NCBI GenBank assembly: GCA_012838635.1
Contig: DUOW01000011.1
Coordinates: 4,882 to 68,881, forward strand
Length of the DNA stretch: 64,000 nucleotides
Direction: 5' to 3'
DNA from: Acholeplasma sp.
GTDB taxonomy: Bacteria > Bacillota_I > Bacilli_A > ML615J-28 > CAG-698
In this document: positions 1-9,999 of the stretch, in pieces
How the letters are laid out: each line of letters opens with the position of its first letter
Position numbering within the stretch: the stretch's first letter is position 1
The notes under the pieces: model-generated
What the model was told of the DNA's origin: nothing
Databases searched by the model: none
What the model saw: the letters and a program-made list of their open reading frames with translations, nothing else
Made by a program: the position numbers and the translations under genes

Positions 1-238
1 CTTCAACGCTCTCACTTAGATTATACTTTTCTCTAATTAACTCAATTGTCTTATTTACAATATTATTTTTAATCTTCGCTTTCTTTACAAAAACTTTAGT
101 TTCTGCAGCTTTTTTAAATTTCATCTCGTCATAAATATCAACTAAAGTAATTAAACTTTCTATATTATGATAACCATCTTCTCTTTTATCATAAACACGA
201 AGAGAAAGATTAATCTTTCCATAAGCTTTTTTCTTCAT
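1..238 (-). CDS. ispE: 4-diphosphocytidyl-2-C-methyl-D-erythritol kinase, 5' part (continues beyond window start)
   Basis: Reverse-complement translation from ATG at 238..236 gives MKKKAYGKINLSLRVYDKREDGYHNIESLITLVD..., matching the IspE N-terminal signature (KINLxLxV...DGYH). The ATG directly abuts the rsmA stop. The ORF is open to position 1. Confidence 0.7.
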   Translation of the reverse strand, partial: MKKKAYGKINLSLRVYDKREDGYHNIESLITLVDIYDEMKFKKAAETKVFVKKAKIKNNIVNKTIELIREKYNLSESVE

Positions 239-1000
239 CTAAAATAGCTCCTTATATAATTTTATTATATCTTCAATACTTAACTTTTCACTTCTTATTT
301 TCAGATCTAAACCTATGCTTGCAAAAACAAGTTCTAACTCGTTTTTGTCTTTCTTATATATCGAACTTAAATTATTAATTAAAGTCTTTCTTTTATTCAA
401 AAATATATTATTTAAAAATAAATAAAAATCATCATTTAACTTATTTTCATATAAATAAGATATCTTCACAAACGAACTAACTACTTTTGGTCTTGGCTTA
501 AAAGCGCTAGGCCCAATATCAAACAAGATTTCCATTTCTCCTTTTAAGTCAAGAAGTAAAGATAAAACATTCTTTTCTTTAGATCTTATTTTTAAAGCAA
601 CTTCTTTTTCCATCATTAAAAATGCATAATCTATTTTTCTTAGTTTTAAAATCTTTTCGATTAACGGGCTAGTTATATAATAAGGAAGATTACTAACCAA
701 GATTACATTAGAGTATTTATCCTTTTCTACTAAGGAATCGATATCTACTTTTAATGCATCTTCGTTTATAATTCTTAAATTAGGAATTTCTTCTTCCAAA
801 TAACGAACTAATCTTTGATCTAGTTCAATTGCAATTACATTTTTAGTTAACGCCATTATCGGTTTAGTAATTGCACCCATCCCAGGCCCAATTTCAATAA
901 CCAAACTATCTTTATTAATAGGAATACTATTAACAATTTTTTTAATAATCGTTTGGTCAACTAAAAAGTTTTGCCCTAAACTTATTTTAGCTTCAATCAT
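239..1000 (-). CDS. rsmA: 16S rRNA (adenine1518/1519-N6)-dimethyltransferase
   Basis: 253-aa ORF beginning GQNFLVDQ...IEIGPGMGAIT (SAM-binding) with an NLPYYITSP-like motif, as in KsgA/RsmA. Confidence 0.85.
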   Translation of the reverse strand: MIEAKISLGQNFLVDQTIIKKIVNSIPINKDSLVIEIGPGMGAITKPIMALTKNVIAIELDQRLVRYLEEEIPNLRIINEDALKVDIDSLVEKDKYSNVILVSNLPYYITSPLIEKILKLRKIDYAFLMMEKEVALKIRSKEKNVLSLLLDLKGEMEILFDIGPSAFKPRPKVVSSFVKISYLYENKLNDDFYLFLNNIFLNKRKTLINNLSSIYKKDKNELELVFASIGLDLKIRSEKLSIEDIIKLYKELF

Positions 1001-2123
1001 CGATAAACTTTAAAGCCTCTTTCATTCGTTTTAGTTCGTTTGGAATATCTATTTTTTGAGGGCATAAGCTTAAACACGCACCACATTCAATACAAGCATC
1101 ATATAAAGCATCTCTTTTCTTTAAAAGATTAATATTCCATTTAGTGTTAGGAATTGCTTGATACATTGCATAATCATTAAAAATCTCAAAATTTTCAGGA
1201 ATATCAACCCCTGCAGGGCAAGGCATACAATATCTACATTTAGTACAATCTACTTCAAAAATCTCATTTAATTTAGTTTCAACTTGTTTGATTAATTCTT
1301 GTTCTTCCTTATTTAAAGGTTTAGGATTTTTAAAAGTTTTTAAGTTATCTTCTAATTGAGCCATATCGTTCATCCCGCTTAAAATAACTTTTACGCCTTC
1401 TAGCCCAAATAGATATCTAAAGCCAAAACTTGCTGTACTAGCATTGGGATCATAATCAGTTAATAACTTACTTACCTTTGTATTAAAGTTAGCAAGTTTT
1501 CCTCCCTTTAAAGGTTCCATAATAATAACAGGTATTTCTTTTTCTAAAGCATCATAATAACCTTGAAGGCCTTGTTGGAAAGAGGTATCCATATAATTTA
1601 ATTGGATCTGGCAAAAATCCCAATGGTAATAATCTAAGATCTCTTTGAAAGTTTTATAATCATCATGAAAAGAAAAACCAATATATCTTATTTTACCTTC
1701 TTTTTGCCACCTTCTTAAAATATCAATAACTCCCCACTCTTTAACTTTCTTAAAAAGATTTTTATCCATTGAATGAAGCAAATAAAAGTCTACATAATCA
1801 ACACCTAATTGTTCTAATTGTCTTTCAAAAAAACTATAAATTTCTTCCTTTTCTTTAATTCTAAACAAAGAAAGTTTTGTAGCTAAAAAGTAACTTTCAC
1901 GAGGATATCTTTTTAAACTTTGACCTAAAAACTTTTCGTTTCTTCCATCGGTATAAGTTGCAGCAGTATCAAAATAATTAACACCATTTTGATATGCCTT
2001 ATCTATTAAAGCATTTCCTAATTCATAATCAATATCACCATTTGTTTTAGTCTTTAATCTCATAGCGCCAAAACCTAATAAAGAAGGACTAATGTTAAGT
2101 TTTCTCATTTTTCTGTATTCCAT
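993..2123 (-). CDS. Aldo/keto reductase with C-terminal 4Fe-4S ferredoxin domain
   Basis: The N-terminal region is AKR-like (GVNYFDTAATY). The C-terminus carries two Cys clusters, CTKCRYCMPCP and CIECGACLSLCP, typical of 2x[4Fe-4S] binding. Confidence 0.75.
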   Translation of the reverse strand: MEYRKMRKLNISPSLLGFGAMRLKTKTNGDIDYELGNALIDKAYQNGVNYFDTAATYTDGRNEKFLGQSLKRYPRESYFLATKLSLFRIKEKEEIYSFFERQLEQLGVDYVDFYLLHSMDKNLFKKVKEWGVIDILRRWQKEGKIRYIGFSFHDDYKTFKEILDYYHWDFCQIQLNYMDTSFQQGLQGYYDALEKEIPVIIMEPLKGGKLANFNTKVSKLLTDYDPNASTASFGFRYLFGLEGVKVILSGMNDMAQLEDNLKTFKNPKPLNKEEQELIKQVETKLNEIFEVDCTKCRYCMPCPAGVDIPENFEIFNDYAMYQAIPNTKWNINLLKKRDALYDACIECGACLSLCPQKIDIPNELKRMKEALKFIDD

Positions 2124-2140
2124 AATTTGCTCCTTTTCTC

Positions 2141-2194
2141 TTTTCTAATATTATACCATATAATAAAAAATAGGACCAAATATAATTTGGTCCT
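2141..2194 (-). terminator. Intrinsic terminator of the lipoprotein/ABC operon, followed by an extended -10 promoter (TGGTATAAT) for the AKR-rsmA-ispE operon
   Basis: Minus-strand hairpin AGGACCAAATTATATTTGGTCCT (2172..2194) followed by AUUUUUU. Downstream on the minus strand are TATGGTATAAT and an AAAGGAG RBS before the start at 2123. Confidence 0.6.
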
Positions 2195-2217
2195 ACTCTT
2201 TTATCTTTTATTTATTT

Positions 2218-4932
2218 TTATTTAAATAATGTAACATCATCAACAACAATTGCATATTCAGTGTTGCCATCAGCAGTCGCATTTGGTGTATGATAATAGA
2301 ATCTGTATAATCCTGGATTAAAATTAGATGTGATTTCTACATACTTATCTTTTTCTAATTTTGATAGGAAGTTAGGATTTTCTTCACCAGTTAATGTAAT
2401 ATCAACCCAATTTTCTCCATCTTTAATTTGAATTTTTAAAACTGAGTCAGCTAAGCCCATAATTTTATCATACTTTGATTGGTTCCAAGCTGCAATCTTA
2501 AATTTCACGCCTGTAGCTTCAGTATATGAAGTAAAATCAAATTCAACCCAAGCTTCTTGAGCAGATTTTTTTGTTGCTAAAACTAACATACAACCACTTT
2601 CTTCATGCGGAGCATATGTTGAATTATTTAGTTGTGCTCTTTGTTTTTGAAGCGTCATTGTCTCGCCATCAGCGTTAGTAAATGTAAACGAACTGCTTCC
2701 GTATCCTTCATCCGTTGTAGGAGATGTGCCAAAATCAATTGCTTTTATAACAGTCATTGCGATTGGTGCTTTAGCAACAAGTGTAGCTGTATATGTTTCT
2801 TGTAATTCACCTAAAGTTAATGTAACAGTTAATGCAACTTCAGTATCTGCTTCTGGTGCAGTATAAACACCTTCATTTGAAATAACTTCTGGTTTATCTG
2901 TTTCCCAAGCAAGTGCTACTTCTTTACCTTCAACATCTACTGTTGCAGAGAAAGTTAGATTTGAAACAACTTCTTTGTTATTTGGATAAGCATCTTCTAC
3001 TCTAGCTTTTGCCTCTGCTAGTGCTTGTTCGTCAGTTAATCCTACCCAAACAACTGAATCTGGAACTAATACATATCTCCATTTTTCGCTGTCATGAGGT
3101 CCCATAACTACTACTAGTGCTGATGCAATTTCTCTACCAACTTTACCTTCAAGTTGAGCTAATGCTTCAGCAGTATTATTGTAATAAATATATACTTTAT
3201 TGTCTGTAGTTGTTGTTTCATCGTCTAATGCAGCAATATATGAGTTATTATATGAACCCGCAGTAACATACTTACCAGATACTTTATAAACTTTACCAAT
3301 ATTTGATAAATCTGATGCTTCAATTGCGCAAAGATCTGCAACTGATTTTTCTACAGCTTTAGCAGCATGATCATATCCTGTTCCTTCAGTAACAACAATA
3401 ACTGTAGGTGATGCAAGTTGAGGTAATCCTTTATAAGCATCTTTCTTACCTATTACATCTACAACATCGCCATAGCCAGCAGCAATACCATTTTTATCAT
3501 AAATTAAAATTGCTCCTGTAGCATCTTCTACAACAATACCATCTTTAAGTACACCAATTACTGTTCCTTGAATATAAAGCATATCGTCTTTTGCTGCTGC
3601 ATGTGCTTCAGCAATTGTAGATAATTCATAAACAGGAACTTTAACTGTTAAACTAACTTCTTGACTAACTTCTCTTAAAGTAACTGTAGCAGTTAATACT
3701 ACCGTAGTTTCTTCAGCTGGTTTAGTAAGTTTACCATCAACAGCAATTACTTCTGGATGATCAGAAGCCCAACTAATTGTTAGTGCTTCATCTAAATCTG
3801 AAGTTACTGGTAAAACTAAATCTTTAAGGACTAACATATTTTCAGGGAATTGATTGTTTAAGTTAGTAACTGCTCCAGCAACTTTTTCTTCATCTGTTAA
3901 TTCAGGTGCAGCAACTTCTACTACAGTTCCTGGAATAACTGAAATTCTCCATCCATCTGAGTATGCATATAAAACAGCATCTAATTCTACATACTTATCT
4001 ATTTTAGCATTGAAGTCTTCTATTCCTTGAGGATGTCCACCATAATAAATAGCAAGTTCTTTTCCTGAAAGTTCATCTAATAAGTATGAGTTAGTATAAT
4101 CTCCTTCAGTCTTTTGGATAGCTTTTCCCGTTACTTTTACTAAAGTTCCTGGAAGTTTAATTCCATCGCCCAATGCCTCAATTTCAGCAGCTGTTTTAGC
4201 CACACCTAAATCACCATAATTATAGCCTTCAGCTGGTGCTTCTTCTAATACTGTAATTGTTGCTGAATCGCCACCAATTTGTTGACAATTATTATAAGCT
4301 TTTCTTTCTCCTGAAACTCTAATTCTTGCACCTGGTTTTACTTTATCAGGGTGTTCACTTTTAGCCATATAGACAAAAAATGTTCCTGTATCATCTTTGA
4401 AGTAAGCACAAATAGAATTGCTTTTGTCTGCCCAAGCGTGAATTACAACACCTTCACCTTCAACATCTTGATTTAGTTGAGCATCGAATAATTCTGCTAC
4501 TGTTAAAACGCTTGGAGCTGGAGCAATATAAATTGTGAACTCTCTTATTTTAGAACCTTCTTTACCTTCAATAGTTAAAGTAGCAACTAAAGTAGCTTCA
4601 CCTTGCTCATTGCCTGTAGGGCGTGTAACACGTAACATTGTTTTTCCTTCATTAGTTTTTTCAACTTCTAAATATTCTGCTCCTTTTGAGATAGACCAAG
4701 TTACTTTAACTGTAACGTCGTTTCCATCTGCATCTTTTACAACTACTGTATCTTGTAATTGTTCATCTTGTTTTAAGTTATTAGCATCTCCCAAGAAAAC
4801 AATTCTTCCTTGAGCGTCTTCTAAATAACCCATCGTTGGGTCTTCTTCTGTTGGATTACAAGAACAACCCACAACTACAAATGCAAATAATGCAAATAGT
4901 AGTACCAAACCTAATCTTCTAAGTTTTTTCAA
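2218..4932 (-). CDS. Large surface lipoprotein (904 aa), possibly with two OB-fold-like segments
   Basis: Signal peptide with a lipobox (LFAFVVVGCS). Internally repeated segments (…GEGVVIHAWADKSNSICAYFKDDTGTFFVY… and …GTVIGVLKDGIVVEDATGAILIY…) resemble OB-fold nucleic-acid-binding domains. It is the last gene of the ABC/nuclease operon. Confidence 0.6.
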   Translation of the reverse strand: MKKLRRLGLVLLFALFAFVVVGCSCNPTEEDPTMGYLEDAQGRIVFLGDANNLKQDEQLQDTVVVKDADGNDVTVKVTWSISKGAEYLEVEKTNEGKTMLRVTRPTGNEQGEATLVATLTIEGKEGSKIREFTIYIAPAPSVLTVAELFDAQLNQDVEGEGVVIHAWADKSNSICAYFKDDTGTFFVYMAKSEHPDKVKPGARIRVSGERKAYNNCQQIGGDSATITVLEEAPAEGYNYGDLGVAKTAAEIEALGDGIKLPGTLVKVTGKAIQKTEGDYTNSYLLDELSGKELAIYYGGHPQGIEDFNAKIDKYVELDAVLYAYSDGWRISVIPGTVVEVAAPELTDEEKVAGAVTNLNNQFPENMLVLKDLVLPVTSDLDEALTISWASDHPEVIAVDGKLTKPAEETTVVLTATVTLREVSQEVSLTVKVPVYELSTIAEAHAAAKDDMLYIQGTVIGVLKDGIVVEDATGAILIYDKNGIAAGYGDVVDVIGKKDAYKGLPQLASPTVIVVTEGTGYDHAAKAVEKSVADLCAIEASDLSNIGKVYKVSGKYVTAGSYNNSYIAALDDETTTTDNKVYIYYNNTAEALAQLEGKVGREIASALVVVMGPHDSEKWRYVLVPDSVVWVGLTDEQALAEAKARVEDAYPNNKEVVSNLTFSATVDVEGKEVALAWETDKPEVISNEGVYTAPEADTEVALTVTLTLGELQETYTATLVAKAPIAMTVIKAIDFGTSPTTDEGYGSSSFTFTNADGETMTLQKQRAQLNNSTYAPHEESGCMLVLATKKSAQEAWVEFDFTSYTEATGVKFKIAAWNQSKYDKIMGLADSVLKIQIKDGENWVDITLTGEENPNFLSKLEKDKYVEITSNFNPGLYRFYYHTPNATADGNTEYAIVVDDVTLFK

Positions 4933-4957
4933 AATTGTATACCTCCTAATTTTGTAT

Positions 4958-6436
4958 TTATTCTGAAACTAAAACGAAATCATTAATTCCGTTTGTTTGA
5001 TTTCCTATCATTACTTGATAAGTGTCATGGAATTTTGAAACTCCACCAATACCATTATAAATCTTTCCAACTTGAATGCTGTTGTAGTCTAATTTAGGAT
5101 AAGCTCCGCCATCAATTCTAAAGTTGATTTCTGCATTAGCTTCTGTTTTACAATAAATTGTATAAGCTCCTTCATCATTAGGTGTGCCAACACTTGTAAC
5201 AGTTACATTTCTTACAATAACAACATATCCTTCATAGTCTACTAAAGATGTAAAATCGGCAGGAACTTCTGTATATTCTACTTCAGCTCCATCTTCGTTG
5301 TCTAAAATTCTTACTTGTTTTGGATTAGTCAATTGCATACCATAAATATCATTAAGCACTGCTTGACATTGGAATCTAACAATAGTTCCAACCTTCAAAG
5401 CTCCAAGTCCAGAGCCATAACCACTAAAGATATAGATACCTGCTTTTTTGATTTCATCATCAAAGTCAGTTGCTTCTAAATCTTCTAAATATAGGTTGTC
5501 TCCTACAATTCTCATAATTTGAGCTTCAATTAAAAGATTTGAACCATCATCATATTGATCAAAGTTTTTCCTAATTTCCGCAATCGAAACTTCAATAACT
5601 TCACCAGTGTAATTAAAGCTTGGATCAGGTTCACCAAAAACTCTCCTTCTTGATGTTCCCGCTTTATATGCGGCATCAATAAATGTATCTACATAATTAT
5701 CATTGGCACCAGTTGAACCAGTATAGTTAGAGTACGCATTTTCAACTATTTCAAGATTTAATAATCTAAAGTCTTCATTAGCACTATTACGATACCAAAC
5801 TAAACCTAAATATCTTTTTCCTGTAGCATCAATTTGAGCTGCTTTACCATCAGATGATTCTAAAACAATTTGCTCGGCACCTCTTAAAATCTCCCCTACA
5901 AAACTACTTGCAGCTTTACCCCAAGGATCAATTCTACCCGTAGATTCTGGTGTATTGATATATAAGAATCTTGTTGTGAAAGTAAATCTTTCGCCTTTAT
6001 TACGGAAATGGGCTGTATCGCCATCAACCAACTGGCTTAATTCAACTTCTCCAATACCATCAGCTATAAAACTTTTGCCAGCAAAACTTTTTGTTAGTTT
6101 AAGTTCATCAGTATAACCAGTATCTAAATGCCCATAAATCTCAAAGTTAGCTGCAGCAGTTAATTTACCACTAATAGCTCTAACTGTAACTCTACCAGGA
6201 GCAACTGCCGTAACTAAACCATCCTTAACAGTTGCTACCTTTTCGTTACTTGATTCCCATTTATATTTAGCTTTCTCTGGAACAACAGTTGCTTCTAGTT
6301 GATATGTTTCACCAACCATAAGACTTTCTTTTTCTGTATTTAATTTGATTGTATCTGCTGTTTTACAACCAACTAAAAGAAAGGCTAAAAGTAAGAATAA
6401 TAAACTAAATATTATTCTTCTTGTGCATTTTATCAT
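4958..6436 (-). CDS. Membrane lipoprotein nuclease with SNase (thermonuclease)-like domain
   Basis: Lipobox LLVGCKT. An N-terminal Big_2-like region (YKWESSNEKVATV). The motifs LVDGDTAHF and TRFLYINTPES resemble the staphylococcal-nuclease VxDGDT and GIDxPE motifs. It is co-oriented with the ABC transporter genes, as for mycoplasma MnuA/mhp379-type nucleases. Confidence 0.6.
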   Translation of the reverse strand: MIKCTRRIIFSLLFLLLAFLLVGCKTADTIKLNTEKESLMVGETYQLEATVVPEKAKYKWESSNEKVATVKDGLVTAVAPGRVTVRAISGKLTAAANFEIYGHLDTGYTDELKLTKSFAGKSFIADGIGEVELSQLVDGDTAHFRNKGERFTFTTRFLYINTPESTGRIDPWGKAASSFVGEILRGAEQIVLESSDGKAAQIDATGKRYLGLVWYRNSANEDFRLLNLEIVENAYSNYTGSTGANDNYVDTFIDAAYKAGTSRRRVFGEPDPSFNYTGEVIEVSIAEIRKNFDQYDDGSNLLIEAQIMRIVGDNLYLEDLEATDFDDEIKKAGIYIFSGYGSGLGALKVGTIVRFQCQAVLNDIYGMQLTNPKQVRILDNEDGAEVEYTEVPADFTSLVDYEGYVVIVRNVTVTSVGTPNDEGAYTIYCKTEANAEINFRIDGGAYPKLDYNSIQVGKIYNGIGGVSKFHDTYQVMIGNQTNGINDFVLVSE

Positions 6437-7911
6437 TTTTGATATGCTTTACCTAAAGTAGCATAAGCTGCTTCAAGACGTGTCTTAACGTCATGTTTAT
6501 TAACAACAATTGATACTAAAGCACTACCAACTTCATCTCTTACTTTTGAAGAACCTACAAAGGCAGGGTCTACAAAGAATTGATATCCTTGTTCACGATA
6601 TTGTAAAGCTAAGTTAGCTGCTTTAGAGAATGATCTTTTTTCTAGTGGAGGATTAGTTAAGTATTCTTGATAATCTGCTGTTTCATAAGCTGAAGCTCTA
6701 ACAGGTAGGTATCCACCAGAAGCCATTGCAAATTTGGCTGTGTTTTCAGGTCTTAATAAATATTTAATAAATAACCAAGCAGCTGCTCTTTCTAAGTTTG
6801 TAGATTGAGCTAGCATAGCGATGTTAGTTCCTTGTTGGATAACAAATTTAGCATCTTCAGTAAAGTAAGGAACAGTAGAAATTCCAATTTGGAATTTATT
6901 TCCTTCTGGTTCATTATATTTAATACCAGCTGATGATCCAACTGTAAATAGAACTTGTCCTCTCTTGAAAGCATCTGATGCATAGTTAGAACCAAATGTT
7001 TCTGCTACGGCAAAACGTTTAGCTGTATTTTCATTTTGGAAATATGTTAAGTTAGCTACGTTTTCTGGAGTATCAAATACTAAATATCCTTGTTCGTTAT
7101 TTGCTCTTTCAGTATAAGTGCTCTTTACTTGTCTTGTGAAAGTAATGAATGCGTTAGCTGATGAGTCATAAGCAAAAGTATAGAATGTTCCAGCATTAAT
7201 ATGTTCTGAAATTTCTAACTCTCCAGTTGCAACTTGAATAATGCCATCTAATTTTCCTTGACTTCCTAAAGCTAAAAGCTTTTCAGAAACTGATTTAACT
7301 TCTGCCCAAGTTTTAGGAACAGAAATTGTTGGGTCAAGTTCAATTGCTTTATCTAAAATAGTTTTATTGTAAACTAAAACTTCTGTTGATTTATTAAACG
7401 GTAATGAATAATAATCGTTTGGATTTTCATCATCAAATCCCGCACCTTCAGCTAAATATGAAGGAATAAAATCTGCTAATTCTTCTTCAGTATAACCATT
7501 AGGTCCTTTAATAAAGTTTGATAAATTAATCATCGCACTTGCTGAATAGTATTCTGCAAAGTGATCTGGATAACCTAATGTAATTGTTGGTGCTTGGTTT
7601 GATTGAAGTTGTAAAATGTTTGTTTTTCTTAATTCAGTATATCCACCACTAATAGTATTTAGTGTTACACCAACATGTGGATATTCTGCTTCAAATTCAG
7701 GAACAAGTGGAGTTAATGAATCACTTACGATACCACTAGTTACATTAACTGTAATTTGAACTTTTTCAATAGCTACACCATCTTGCTCTCCTGCCTTAAC
7801 AACTTCTGTTAAGTCTTCAAACTCTTTGTCTATCTTTTTTGTTTGGCAAGAGCAGCCTGTAACCAAAGCTAAACTGAACATTGCTATAAGTACTAATAAA
7901 ATTTTTCTCAT
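6433..7911 (-). CDS. ABC transporter substrate-binding lipoprotein (sugar/oligomer family)
   Basis: Lipobox LVTGCSC. 492 aa. Sits immediately downstream of two MalFG/UgpAE-like permeases. Its start overlaps the stop of the next gene by 4 nt, suggesting translational coupling. Confidence 0.65.
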   Translation of the reverse strand: MRKILLVLIAMFSLALVTGCSCQTKKIDKEFEDLTEVVKAGEQDGVAIEKVQITVNVTSGIVSDSLTPLVPEFEAEYPHVGVTLNTISGGYTELRKTNILQLQSNQAPTITLGYPDHFAEYYSASAMINLSNFIKGPNGYTEEELADFIPSYLAEGAGFDDENPNDYYSLPFNKSTEVLVYNKTILDKAIELDPTISVPKTWAEVKSVSEKLLALGSQGKLDGIIQVATGELEISEHINAGTFYTFAYDSSANAFITFTRQVKSTYTERANNEQGYLVFDTPENVANLTYFQNENTAKRFAVAETFGSNYASDAFKRGQVLFTVGSSAGIKYNEPEGNKFQIGISTVPYFTEDAKFVIQQGTNIAMLAQSTNLERAAAWLFIKYLLRPENTAKFAMASGGYLPVRASAYETADYQEYLTNPPLEKRSFSKAANLALQYREQGYQFFVDPAFVGSSKVRDEVGSALVSIVVNKHDVKTRLEAAYATLGKAYQK

Positions 7912-7945
7912 AAATTAATTTCCTCTCTTTCTTATGAATAAATTC

Positions 7946-9082
7946 TTAACCTTTTGTTCCACCACGAACAACTCCACGCATAATGTATTTCTTTAAAGTA
8001 AAGAAGACAATTAGTAATGGAAGTGTGACAATTAACGATCCAGCCATTTGTTGGTTAAGTACGTTGCCTGGACCGGTTAATTCAATTGTTGATCTAAATG
8101 CATTCGATAAGCCGTTACTTACTAACCACATCTTGTAGTTTTGGAAGTCCGTAACTAAGTTTGGCCAAATATATGCATTCCATGAGCCCATTAAACTTAA
8201 AATCGTAATTGTAATAATTGTTGGCTTTGCAATTGGAATCATAATTTTAAATAAATATTTAAAATCTCCAACTCCATCTACTTTAGCCGCATAATATAAC
8301 TCATCAGATACTTGCTTGAACGTTTGCCTCAAATAGAAAGTATAAAAGACACTTCCAATAAACGGCAAGATCATCGCCAAGTAGTTACCTATTATTTTTA
8401 CAGTATCATCGTTTAATCTTGCTCCTACCCAACCTAACCTTGAAACTGTACCATAGTTAGTAATAATGAATACTTCCCCAGGAACCATCATTGTTGATAA
8501 TAGGATTGTGAATAAAACGTCGCTTCCTTTAAATCTTAATCTAGAAAAAGCAAATGCTGAGAAAACAACAGATATTACTGTAAATACCGTTGTAAAGAAA
8601 CCAACCAAAATTGTATTTCCAAACATATATAAGAATGGTACTCCTCGCTTTAAAGTTCCGTTTGGATTTAACTCTAATTGGAAAATATTCTTATATGCCT
8701 CAAAAGTAATTTTGTTTGGAATTAAAGAGGGCTTTGTTGCCGCAATCTCTTCTGCTGATTTGAATGATGTAATTACCATCCAATAGAACGGAATCAAAAT
8801 AAATAAAGCAATTAAGATTAAAAAGATATATGTAATTACTTTTAATGTTGTTCTTTTGACTCTAAATGCTCTTAATTGATCTGCTGGAACATACGCTTCT
8901 TTTTCTTTTCTTTGGATTTCTTTTGCTCTTGCAAGTTCGGCTGCATTTGCGCCACTTTCTAAAGCTAATTGTTCAGCCTTTTTCTTTTCTTTGTATTTAC
9001 CTACTAGATAAACTACTAAGTAACCAATTCCAAAAAGTGCAGCTAAACCTAAAAGAATTAATAAAATTTCTTTAAAACCCAT
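7946..9082 (-). CDS. ABC transporter permease (MalG/UgpE-like)
   Basis: Multi-TM protein with an N-terminal hydrophilic extension (KKKAEQLALESGANAAELARAKEIQRKEKE) followed by a typical binding-protein-dependent permease core. Confidence 0.7.
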   Translation of the reverse strand: MGFKEILLILLGLAALFGIGYLVVYLVGKYKEKKKAEQLALESGANAAELARAKEIQRKEKEAYVPADQLRAFRVKRTTLKVITYIFLILIALFILIPFYWMVITSFKSAEEIAATKPSLIPNKITFEAYKNIFQLELNPNGTLKRGVPFLYMFGNTILVGFFTTVFTVISVVFSAFAFSRLRFKGSDVLFTILLSTMMVPGEVFIITNYGTVSRLGWVGARLNDDTVKIIGNYLAMILPFIGSVFYTFYLRQTFKQVSDELYYAAKVDGVGDFKYLFKIMIPIAKPTIITITILSLMGSWNAYIWPNLVTDFQNYKMWLVSNGLSNAFRSTIELTGPGNVLNQQMAGSLIVTLPLLIVFFTLKKYIMRGVVRGGTKG

Positions 9083-9092
9083 TTAGCACCTC

Positions 9093-9998
9093 CTAGTAAT
9101 GTACCCTTGATTTACTTACTCTTCTTTGAATAAGTGTAATCAATAGAATAATTACAAATAAAATTACAGATCCAGCTGATGCAACACCAAATGGTGTTCC
9201 TGCTTCCCATAATTTATTGTAAATGTAACCAACAACTGTAATTAACATGTTGTCAGGTCCAAACGAGTTACTTGCACCAGCACCTTTACCAAATAGGGAA
9301 ATTACGCTAGTGTACACTTTGAATGCTCCGATAAACGAAGTAATTGTTGTATATAAAATCATTGGTGACAATAAAGGAATAGTTATTTTTCTAAAAATTC
9401 TCCATTTAGATGCTCCATCAATAGCGGCAGCTTGATAATATTGTTTATCAATATTTTGTAAGCCTGAAAGTAAAACGATAATCTTGAAGGCAAGTCCGTT
9501 CCAAACTGTATAAACCATTAAAACGAAGAATGCTCTCCAATATGTTGTTTCTGCTCCTAACCAGTCTACTGCACCTAAATTAAATAAAGAATTGAATAAA
9601 CCAAAGTCTTTGTGGAATACTGTGTTGAATACTAATCCTAACGCAATTGTGTTAGTAACGTAAGGTAAGAAAAAGATTGTTTGGAAAAATCCTCTTAATC
9701 TTTCAATAGAATTCAAAGCAACTGCAATTAAAATACTTAAGATAACTGTTATTGGTACTGAAACAACAACCATTAACAATGTATTTTTAAGCGCCCCTAA
9801 AAATCTTGGATCACTAAGAACAGTTACAAAGTTTTGAATTCCAAACCCTTCATCAACTCCACTTAAGAATTTGTAGTTATTCCTAAACGCCATTATAAAG
9901 GTATTAACTATTGGGTAGAAAGTAAACACAGCCATAATAAGTAGCGTAGGACCTAAGGCTATTGCTGCTTTCCAACCATCTTTTTTCCATTCTAACAT
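9093..9998 (-). CDS. ABC transporter permease (MalF/UgpA-like)
   Basis: 301 aa, 6-TM permease. An EAA-like loop (YYQAAAIDGASKWRIFRKITIPLL) is typical of the MalF/UgpA family. Confidence 0.75.
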   Translation of the reverse strand: MLEWKKDGWKAAIALGPTLLIMAVFTFYPIVNTFIMAFRNNYKFLSGVDEGFGIQNFVTVLSDPRFLGALKNTLLMVVVSVPITVILSILIAVALNSIERLRGFFQTIFFLPYVTNTIALGLVFNTVFHKDFGLFNSLFNLGAVDWLGAETTYWRAFFVLMVYTVWNGLAFKIIVLLSGLQNIDKQYYQAAAIDGASKWRIFRKITIPLLSPMILYTTITSFIGAFKVYTSVISLFGKGAGASNSFGPDNMLITVVGYIYNKLWEAGTPFGVASAGSVILFVIILLITLIQRRVSKSRVHY

Positions 9999-9999
9999 C

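Noticed and set aside
4535-4813. Short plus-strand ORFs nested antisense within large genes (e.g. 4535..4813, 8466..8786, 13819..14109, 20233..20466, 22718..23248, 34587..34922)
   Set aside because: They lie entirely within well-supported longer genes on the opposite strand or in another frame. They have low-complexity composition and no RBS.
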